A stretch of DNA of 8,267 nt from an uncultured archaeon (lineage in GTDB: Archaea > Iainarchaeota > Iainarchaeia > Iainarchaeales > 0-14-0-20-30-16): assembly GCA_964595665.1 (NCBI GenBank), contig CAZQQS010000022.1:1-8267 (forward strand). Direction: 5' to 3'. This document shows, in pieces, positions 1-5,409 of this stretch (position 1 is the stretch's first letter; each line of letters starts with the position of its first letter). The position numbers and the translations under genes are program-made. A model generated the notes under the pieces. The model made no database searches. It was not told the DNA's origin and saw nothing but the letters and a program-made list of their open reading frames with translations.

Positions 1-84
1 TTATTTTTTACCTTTTTTTGGTTTTGCTTTTGCAGCTGGTTTAGCAGCAGGTTTTGCAGGTGCTTTAGTTTTTTTTACTACCAT
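1..84 (-). CDS. 27-aa highly basic Lys/Ala/Pro-rich microprotein (MVVKKTKAPAKPAAKPAAKAKPKKGKK)
   Basis: The reverse complement of 1-84 reads ATG...TAA, 27 codons plus stop. An in-frame TAG lies 6 codons upstream, so this ATG is the only start. A purine-rich SD-like GGGAGAGAG lies 6 nt upstream of the ATG. GCN/CCN/AAR codons make it locally more GC-rich than the flanks. It is too short for the ORF track. The stop codon sits exactly at the window edge. Confidence 0.45.
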   Translation of the reverse strand: MVVKKTKAPAKPAAKPAAKAKPKKGKK

Positions 85-102
85 TTTAATCTCTCTCCCA
101 AA

Positions 103-121
103 CTAATATTTCAAATATTAG
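103..121. promoter_or_regulatory. Perfect 19-bp palindrome CTAATATTT-C-AAATATTAG between a predicted TATA box and the microprotein start (operator or 5'-UTR hairpin candidate)
   Basis: 9-bp arms (103-111 and 113-121) are exact reverse complements around a single central base. It lies 19-37 nt upstream of the ATG at 84 and just downstream of the predicted TATA at 145-152. Confidence 0.5.
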
Positions 122-144
122 TCAAATGAAATATACAATGTAAA

Positions 145-152
145 TATATAAA
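145..152 (-). promoter_or_regulatory. Candidate archaeal TATA box (TTTATATA on minus strand) for the microprotein transcript
   Basis: The reverse complement of 145-152 is TTTATATA. Standard archaeal spacing of about 26 nt puts the TSS near 122, at the edge of the palindrome. AT-rich background makes chance matches likely. Confidence 0.3.
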
Positions 153-180
153 TATTTCTATGTTTTTTGTGTTTTTTAAA

Positions 181-409
181 TTATTTTTTAACAGCTCTAT
201 ACACACTCATATGTGAAATATTTAATACCTCTGCAATATCTCTTAAGCTTACACCATCGTTATAAAGTTGCAAGATAATTTCTTTGTTTTTTGTTTTGTG
301 ATTTAAATTAGAATTAGAATTGCCATTGGCCAAAGGGATGTTCAAAATTTGCTTGAGATATTAAAGTTAATTCATTTTGATATTTTCTTAATAAATTTAT
401 ATTATTCAT
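181..409 (-). pseudogene. Small helix-turn-helix protein gene split by a +1 frameshift (N-terminal 31-aa ORF 409..314, HTH-bearing frame 360..181)
   Basis: ATG at 409-407 is preceded by GAGGGATAAAT (SD-like, the same motif as the thermosome RBS) and encodes MNNINLLRKYQNELTLISQANFEHPFGQWQF*. The adjacent frame is open from 360 to the TAA at 183-181 and encodes ...NIPLANGNSNSNLNHKTKNKEIILQLYNDGVSLRDIAEVLNISHMSVYRAVKK. That is a resolvase/transposase/sigma-r4-style HTH (VSLRDIAEVLNIS-HMSVYRAV) with no in-frame ATG ahead of it. The frames overlap at an AAATTTT run (344-350 region). Removing one base there fuses them into a protein of about 75 aa. Confidence 0.5.
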
Positions 410-480
410 ATTTATCCCTCAAATTATTTAATAAATAAATTTATAAGTAAAAGCTTTTAAATGGGTGTAACGCCTAAAGG

Positions 481-488
481 TATATATT
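481..488 (+). promoter_or_regulatory. Candidate TATA box (TATATATT) centred about 25 nt upstream of the ATG at 510, implying a leaderless mRNA
   Basis: There is no SD-like purine tract between 489 and 509. The TATA-to-ATG spacing equals the usual archaeal TATA-to-TSS spacing. Confidence 0.35.
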
Positions 489-509
489 CCTTATTAATCT
501 AATTATTTT

Positions 510-1124
510 ATGGTTGAAGATTTGAAAAAAACTATTTTTAGAAATTTAGATGGTTTACAAATTAATGAATTTGCTAAATTAAGATTTTTATCTAGTTATA
601 CTTTTCCAGATGATTTTGAGATGCTTTCTCGATCTTATAGGCCAATATTTGGTTTATTTTACGAAGGAAAATTAGTAGGTATGATTAGTTTTGATATTGC
701 AGTAAATGGTTTGCATATTAATTATATTCAAGGGGTTAGAGGAGTTTAACCGCCAAGAAATTGGGTCGAATTAATCTTAATGCCAGTTGTATTTGAAGCC
801 TTAAAACATTTTTATCAATTAGGTTCTAACGCTATTATTTTAGAACCCATAAAAGAAATTAATAGAGGATTAAATCCAAAAGAAAATCAAGTTACTAACG
901 GAGCATATAAAACACATTTAGATAAGATTAGAGAATCTATGCATATTTATGGAAAAGCTAGAGATTTATTTTTTGATAAAGATGGAAATTTGAATTTTAA
1001 TAAAGAACGATCTAAAAGATTAGTAGAATTAGTAAATAGAGAGTTTATTCACATAGCTTCAAGAAATAGAGTTCAAAGATTTATTGATAAATTTAAACCC
1101 CGAAAAAAAGTTTTACCCAAATAA
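510..1124 (+). pseudogene. GNAT-like (acetyltransferase-fold) gene interrupted by a single in-frame TAA at 747-749; track ORFs 510-749 and 780-1124 are the same reading frame
   Basis: 510 and 780 are both 0 mod 3, and 750-779 (PPRNWVELIL) has no stop, so one TAA is the only interruption in 204 codons. The sequence around the stop, ...GKLVGMISFDIAVNGLHINYIQGVRGV*PPRNWVELILMPVVFEALKHFYQLGSNAIILEP, resembles GNAT beta-strands 3-4 plus the motif-A helix. The family call is by eye and weak. Confidence 0.45.
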
Positions 1125-1148
1125 AGAAAATTTAAAAAATAAAAAAAT

Positions 1149-1169
1149 ATTAAGACTAAAAGTCTTAAT
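1149..1169. terminator. Perfect hairpin ATTAAGACT-AAA-AGTCTTAAT between convergent genes, with oligo-T runs on the thermosome strand
   Basis: 9-bp stem with a 3-nt loop, overlapping the thermosome stop codon (1165-1167). On the minus strand it is followed by T7 and T6 runs (complement of 1131-1148), the usual archaeal termination signal. Confidence 0.35.
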
Positions 1170-2769
1170 AATCTCCCATGTCTGGTATTCCAGATTTTCC
1201 TTTTGAACTTCCAGCAATAACATCATCAATTCTTAATATTAATTGAGTTACTTCTGATGCAGAAGATATTGCTTGAGTTTTTAAGTTCAAAGGTTCCATT
1301 ACTTTTAAGGCTTTCATGTCTGCAATTTCACCATTTAAAACATCTACTCCAAAAAACAAACCATCTTTTTTATGTTTTGTCCTTAAAGCAACTAATGCAT
1401 CTAAAGGATTCATTCCAGCAGTTTCTGCTAAAGTTTTTGGAATAACTTCTAAAGCGTTTGCAAAGCATTCTACAGCCAATTGTTCTCGGCCTCCAACTTC
1501 TTTTGCATAATCTCTTAATTGCATTGCAACTTCAGCTTCACAAGAACCTCCACCAATTACTATTTTGCCAGATTTCATTGCAATAGAAACAGCACCAATA
1601 GCATCATTTACTGCTCTTTCAGCTTCATTAATTACTTGTTCTGTTCCGCCTCTTAATAATATAGTTACGGCTTTTGGATTCAAACAATCTTTTACGAAAA
1701 CCATATTTTCGCCAGCAATTTTTATTTCTTCAACTAATTTAGCTTTTCCCAAATCTTTTTCACTTAAATCTTTTATTCTTGAAACTATATTTGCAGATGT
1801 TGCTTTAGCTAACTTTTCCATATCAGATTTTTTTACTCTTCTTAAAGCTAAAATATTTTCTTTAGCTAAAAAGTGTTGTGCTAAATCATCTATGCCTTTT
1901 TGACAAATAACTACATTAGCGCCAGAGTTTTTTATTAATTCAATTTTTTCTTTTATCATTCTTTCTTCTTGCTCAATAAATTCTTCTAATTGTTCTGGAG
2001 AATTTATTTGTATTTTTGCATCACTTTCTAAACTTTTAATTTCTAAAGCTACATCTAATAAAGCAATTTTTGCATCATTAATTTTTGAAGGCATATTAGA
2101 ACTAACTTTTTCTTTATCTAAAACTATTCCTCGAATTAATTCAGATTTTTCTAAAGATGCGCCTTCTTTTTTTTCAACTTTAATATTATCTATATCAATT
2201 AAAATTTTATCTGATCTTTTTTCAACTATTGCTAACAAAGCATCAACAGTTAATTCAGATATTTTTATACAAGATTCTGCAGCTTTTCCAGTTAAAGAAG
2301 TTAATGCAATATTGTATAATTCATCTTTGTTGTTAACATCTATTTTTTGTGAAATCTTTTCATAAATTTCCATTGCTTTTTCGCCAGCAATTCTATACCC
2401 ATTAATTATACTTGAAGGATGTATTCCATTATCTAAAAGAGCTTCTGCTTCTTCTAATAATGCTCCAGAAATGATTACTGCAGTTGTTGTTCCATCACCA
2501 ATTTCCGAATCTTGGTTTTTTGCTAAATTAACCATCATTTTTCCTACTGGATGATCAATAGCCATTTCTTTTAAAATTGTTGCACCATCATTACTAATAG
2601 TTACGTCGCCCAATTCATCAACAATCATTTTGTCCATACCTTTTGGACCTAATGTACTTTTTATAGCATTAGCTACAGTTTTACCAATTAATATATTAAT
2701 TCTTTGTGCTTCTCTACCTTTAACTCTTTTTGTTCCTTCTTGTAGGAATTGATTTTGTTCAGATTGCAT
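1165..2769 (-). CDS. ths: Thermosome subunit (group II chaperonin, Cpn60/TCP-1 family)
   Basis: 534 aa carrying the family signatures [26 protein letters not shown] and [10 protein letters not shown] at the expected positions. RBS GGAGGGATAAT lies directly upstream of the ATG. Confidence 0.95.
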   Translation of the reverse strand: MQSEQNQFLQEGTKRVKGREAQRINILIGKTVANAIKSTLGPKGMDKMIVDELGDVTISNDGATILKEMAIDHPVGKMMVNLAKNQDSEIGDGTTTAVIISGALLEEAEALLDNGIHPSSIINGYRIAGEKAMEIYEKISQKIDVNNKDELYNIALTSLTGKAAESCIKISELTVDALLAIVEKRSDKILIDIDNIKVEKKEGASLEKSELIRGIVLDKEKVSSNMPSKINDAKIALLDVALEIKSLESDAKIQINSPEQLEEFIEQEERMIKEKIELIKNSGANVVICQKGIDDLAQHFLAKENILALRRVKKSDMEKLAKATSANIVSRIKDLSEKDLGKAKLVEEIKIAGENMVFVKDCLNPKAVTILLRGGTEQVINEAERAVNDAIGAVSIAMKSGKIVIGGGSCEAEVAMQLRDYAKEVGGREQLAVECFANALEVIPKTLAETAGMNPLDALVALRTKHKKDGLFFGVDVLNGEIADMKALKVMEPLNLKTQAISSASEVTQLILRIDDVIAGSSKGKSGIPDMGDY

Positions 2770-2805
2770 ATTATCCCTCCATTAATAAAATAAGTATTTT
2801 CTATT

Positions 2806-3462
2806 TTATTGAAAATCAATATTATTTTCTTTAGCAAGTTTATCTATTTTGTGAATCATGTTGCTATTAGAATAAATCTCTAAAATGTAATTTTCTCTAA
2901 ATAATAATTTTAAGTTTCCAGATTCAATTATAAATTTCTTTAATTTACTTTGATAAGATAAATTTACTGCTTTAGGTATTTTCTCATATTTTATTTTTAC
3001 ACCATTAACATCTTTTTTACCATCAACATTTAATGCAAAATCAGTTAAGTTTAATTGACCCGCAAATTCAGTTTTAAAATTAAAATCTTCAGAAAAATTA
3101 TTAAGGAATTGTGATAAAAATCTTTCTAAAATATCTTTATTTAGAAAATAAGTTCTATGTGTTCTAAATTTTTCAAAAAAAGTGTGTAATTCTTTTATGG
3201 TATTAGATTTATTTATGGTTTCGTAAAGTTTTTTATATTCACTATAAAACAAAGCAATGTTTTCTATAGCATTTGTTTTTGCAGTTTCATTTTCAATTTG
3301 TTGAGCAGTTTGTTTTTTTATTGCAATATCGTCTTTTAAGCTCAAAGCAATTTTATCGTATTCTTCTAAACTTTCTAAGAATTTCGTGATTTCGGATAAC
3401 TTTTTCATATCAGTAATTAGCTTTTTATCCATATTCTTTAATATATTACTATAATTTTGCAT
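2806..3462 (-). CDS. Hypothetical protein, N-terminal helical/coiled-coil half and beta-rich C-terminal half; no family recognised
   Basis: 218-aa ORF, same strand as the thermosome and 36 nt upstream of it. A palindromic TATA (TTTATAAA, 3484-3491) is centred about 25 nt upstream of its ATG. I found no recognisable catalytic or binding motif. Confidence 0.6.
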   Translation of the reverse strand: MQNYSNILKNMDKKLITDMKKLSEITKFLESLEEYDKIALSLKDDIAIKKQTAQQIENETAKTNAIENIALFYSEYKKLYETINKSNTIKELHTFFEKFRTHRTYFLNKDILERFLSQFLNNFSEDFNFKTEFAGQLNLTDFALNVDGKKDVNGVKIKYEKIPKAVNLSYQSKLKKFIIESGNLKLLFRENYILEIYSNSNMIHKIDKLAKENNIDFQ

Positions 3463-3483
3463 ATAAAAAATACTTAAGATATG

Positions 3484-3491
3484 TTTATAAA
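3484..3491 (-). promoter_or_regulatory. Candidate TATA box TTTATAAA about 25 nt upstream of the ATG at 3462 (leaderless transcript of the 218-aa gene, possibly continuing into the thermosome)
   Basis: Consensus-like, self-complementary octamer. There is no SD between it and the start. Confidence 0.4.
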
Positions 3492-3522
3492 CATTTTAGC
3501 TCATACATAATAAATAGACTAA

Positions 3523-3530
3523 TTTATATT
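3523..3530 (+). promoter_or_regulatory. Candidate TATA box TTTATATT about 30 nt upstream of the tRNA-Ile 5' end
   Basis: Spacing is consistent with an archaeal tRNA promoter plus a short 5' leader. Confidence 0.4.
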
Positions 3531-3559
3531 GGATATATCCTTTTTTGAAGGCATTTAGA

Positions 3560-3631
3560 GGGCGTGTAGCTCAGTGGTAGAGCACCTGTCTTATACGCAG
3601 TAGGTCGCAGGTTCGAATCCTGCTTCGCCCA
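3560..3631 (+). tRNA. tRNA-Ile, anticodon UAU (reads AUA); no encoded CCA
   Basis: Manual cloverleaf: acceptor GGGCGTG/TTCGCCC (U6-U67 mismatch, G7-U66 wobble). D arm GCTC-AGTGGTA-GAGC. Anticodon arm CCTGT-CTTATAC-GCAGT (C27-U43 mismatch, then 4 pairs). Variable loop AGGTC. T arm GCAGG-TTCGAAT-CCTGC. Discriminator A. Loop positions 34-36 are TAT. Confidence 0.8.
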
Positions 3632-3632
3632 T

Positions 3633-4292
3633 TTAATCAACTTTTTTTATTATTATTTCCCCGTAAGGTTCTTTTTGTTTTAATTTAACTTTGTTTTCGT
3701 TATTTAATAAAAGTAGACTCATGATTAAGGAGTTATTTGTTTTTACATTTTCTTTTAATTCTGAATAAGTAATAGATTCTTTGTCTTTGAAAAAATCAAA
3801 TATCTTTAATTTTAATTGGAAATAACTTTCTATTTTTATAATATAATTAAATTCTTTTTTCTTTTTATCAGAAGTTTTGTTATCCAATCTATAAAACATT
3901 CCTTTTAGTTTTCTTTCTAATTCTAAAAGTTCATTATATTTTTCCAATATTTCTGGATTCTCACCAACATTAGTTAATTCATCATTTTCTTTTAAGTTTT
4001 CTAATTCTTCTAATTCTTCTTTAATATTTTGTTCTAACTCTTTTAAGCCAATTCTTCGTGCTTTACTTTTTAATAATATTGTACAAATTAAAATTATTAA
4101 AGATGCGTTTTTTAAATTTTCTTTTTCATATGCATCATGCAATAATTTTTCTAAAAGTTCTGAAACATCAATATTCCAAACATCAAAACTATATTTTTTT
4201 AATAAAGCTTGTAAAGTAGCTTGCCAAGTTGGTTTTTCAATCAATTCAAAAAATTCCATCAATGTTTTTTGTTTTTCTGCTTCTAAATCCAT
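3633..4292 (-). CDS. scpA: ScpA-like kleisin (segregation and condensation protein A)
   Basis: 219 aa. The N-terminal TLQALLKKYSFDVWNIDVSELLEKLL...NASLIILICTILLKSKARRIGL parallels bacterial ScpA LDLLLHLI..EIDIYDIPVA.IT.QYL...ASEYLVMAATLLSIKSRMLLP. There is an acidic central linker. The C-terminal IMSLLLLNNENKVKLKQKEPYGEIIIKK parallels the winged-helix VVTFLAILELMKNQLIDIEQE..F.DIYI. Confidence 0.65.
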   Translation of the reverse strand: MDLEAEKQKTLMEFFELIEKPTWQATLQALLKKYSFDVWNIDVSELLEKLLHDAYEKENLKNASLIILICTILLKSKARRIGLKELEQNIKEELEELENLKENDELTNVGENPEILEKYNELLELERKLKGMFYRLDNKTSDKKKKEFNYIIKIESYFQLKLKIFDFFKDKESITYSELKENVKTNNSLIMSLLLLNNENKVKLKQKEPYGEIIIKKVD

Positions 4293-4334
4293 TTAACTCA
4301 CTATCAAAATATGCTTTAAAGAATATAAATTATA

Positions 4335-4407
4335 CAGGGCTGCTGGGACTTGAACCCAGATAGGCGGGTCCGAAGCCCGCTAGGTTATCCGATTACCTCA
4401 CAACCCC
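4335..4407 (-). tRNA. tRNA-Arg, anticodon UCG; no encoded CCA
   Basis: The reverse complement folds as follows: acceptor GGGGTTG/CAGCCCT (G1-U72 wobble). U8 G9. D arm AGGT-AATCGGATA-ACCT. Anticodon arm GCGGG-CTTCGGA-CCCGC. Variable loop CTAT. T arm CTGGG-TTCAAGT-CCCAG. Discriminator G. G37 is as expected for a CGN reader. Confidence 0.85.
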
Positions 4408-4435
4408 AAATATCATATAATTATATACCTTGTTT

Positions 4436-4443
4436 TTTTATAT
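4436..4443 (+). promoter_or_regulatory. Candidate TATA box (TTTTATAT) about 25 nt upstream of the ATG at 4464; the same AT-rich tract could serve the divergent tRNA-Arg promoter
   Basis: Spacing argument only. The background is AT-rich. Confidence 0.3.
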
Positions 4444-4463
4444 GTTTTGTAATTGTATTATTT

Positions 4464-5168
4464 ATGCCTGAAATTCCAAAATACAAAATAAATTTAGCTG
4501 ATAAAAAACCTTCTGTTTTAAGAACCGAGTCTTCTGTAGGGAGAAAAAGTAGAGTTTTTGAAATATCTTTAGAAAAGAGAAGAAACTTATTTGATAGATT
4601 ATTTGGAATAAGTCCTAAAAAAGGTACATTATATAGAAGAGAAAGAATAACCCAAGAACAATTAGATATTTTGAAATTTGCAAAAGAAAATGGAATTTCT
4701 GTAGAAGTCCCAATATCTTATACTTTAGGAAAAAGTAAAGATATGCTATTTTTAAGTTCTGGCAAGGAATTAAGTCCTAGATTATTCAAAATGGCTTCAA
4801 TTAAAAGACAGGAACATTTTTTTCAGCAATTATTAGATATTTTTGTAAGTTTGCATAAGAATAATATATCACATAATCACCCTCATTTGGGAAATTTTGT
4901 ATTGGATTCTGTAGATAAAGTAACTTTAGTGGATTTTAAACATGCTAAAAGAAAAGTAGTTGATTGGAAAAATTCTCAAGAGATTTATCATTATTTTGTA
5001 TCAGATTACGTTAATTTAATACAACTTAGTATGAATTTGGGCTTAACTGAATTAAATACTAAAGCATTATTGTCCAAATTAATCTCATCTTATAGTGCAA
5101 CATCAGGATCTAAGAAAAAGGTTTATGAGGCTGTATTAAGAATTATTGAAAACCAATATAATCCTTAA
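4464..5168 (+). CDS. Bud32/RIO-type atypical protein-kinase-fold protein with a non-canonical catalytic loop (HNH instead of HxD)
   Basis: Start moved to the internal ATG at 4464 (MPEIPKYK...) because the track start at 4350 overlaps tRNA-Arg. LHKNNISHNHPHLGNFVLDSVDKVTLVDFKHAK aligns by eye with the archaeal Bud32 catalytic and Mg-binding loops (LHKNDVIHNDLTTSNFIF...IIDFGLGK). KKGTLYRRERITQEQLDILKFAKENGISVEVP matches the Bud32 K.YR.E.LD...R...EA..L....GI..P region. Confidence 0.5.
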   Translation: MPEIPKYKINLADKKPSVLRTESSVGRKSRVFEISLEKRRNLFDRLFGISPKKGTLYRRERITQEQLDILKFAKENGISVEVPISYTLGKSKDMLFLSSGKELSPRLFKMASIKRQEHFFQQLLDIFVSLHKNNISHNHPHLGNFVLDSVDKVTLVDFKHAKRKVVDWKNSQEIYHYFVSDYVNLIQLSMNLGLTELNTKALLSKLISSYSATSGSKKKVYEAVLRIIENQYNP

Positions 5169-5247
5169 GAAAGGTATAAAAACCTTATCTCGCCATAATA
5201 TATATACTTATTCTTAAAAGATAGAATTTATATTAAGGTGATTAAAA

Positions 5248-5397
5248 ATGGCAATTTGTATTAGTTGTAATAAAGATAATAAGGACTATGTTAAATTTAA
5301 ATGTCCAAAATGTAATGCAGAAATAGTTAGATGTGAAAATTGTAGAGCTTTGGAAATAGATTACCAATGTAAAAAATGTGATTTTAAAGGTATTTAG
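5248..5397 (+). CDS. 49-aa double Zn-ribbon protein (four CxxC pairs), of the type found upstream of aEF-1beta in archaea
   Basis: ATG at 5248 is preceded by AAGGTGAT, a near-perfect anti-SD complement. It encodes MAICISCNKDNKDYVKFKCPKCNAEIVRCENCRALEIDYQCKKCDFKGI and ends with TAG at 5395-5397, 8 nt before the aEF-1beta start. It is not in the supplied ORF track because it is too short. Confidence 0.75.
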   Translation: MAICISCNKDNKDYVKFKCPKCNAEIVRCENCRALEIDYQCKKCDFKGI

Positions 5398-5409
5398 GGA
5401 TTTTTATGG
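5392..5409 (+). repeat. Copy 1 of an 18-nt identical gene-junction cassette ATTTAGGGATTTTTATGG (TAG stop, GGGAT SD-like, ATG)
   Basis: Exact match to 5661-5678. Both copies are followed by GGAGATATTTT (GDIL), with a 9-nt insertion in copy 2. Confidence 0.8.

Noticed and set aside
159-303. Similar T-rich strings CTATGTTTTTTGTGTTTTTT (159-178) and CTTTGTTTTTTGTTTTGTG (282-300) as a possible repeat or terminator pair
   Set aside because: This is low-complexity oligo-T/G similarity only. The second copy is coding (HKTKNKE on the minus strand), and no plus-strand transcript is evident that these would terminate.
181-1124. GNAT toxin plus HTH antitoxin (TacT/AtaT-like type II TA module)
   Set aside because: The two genes are divergent rather than forming an antitoxin-toxin operon, and both are disrupted. 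The GNAT assignment is itself weak, and the 204-codon frame has a long non-GNAT C-terminal tail.
1257-1903. Three plus-strand ORFs (1257-1445, 1316-1510, 1565-1903) of 62-112 aa
   Set aside because: All lie antisense within the thermosome gene, whose own frame carries unmistakable family signatures. Their products are low-complexity Leu/Phe/Ser-rich shadow translations with no start-site signals.
4350-4463. N-terminal extension of the kinase-like ORF (MNPDRRVRSPLGYPITSQ...)
   Set aside because: This segment is the complement of tRNA-Arg(UCG) (4335-4407), and the locally GC-rich tRNA sequence merely stays open in this frame. The ATG at 4464 with a TATA box about 25 nt upstream is the plausible start.
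5171-5186. Short inverted repeat AAGGT-ATAAAA-ACCTT after the kinase-like gene stop as a terminator
   Set aside because: It has only a 5-bp stem with no following oligo-T run, so it is indistinguishable from chance in this composition.
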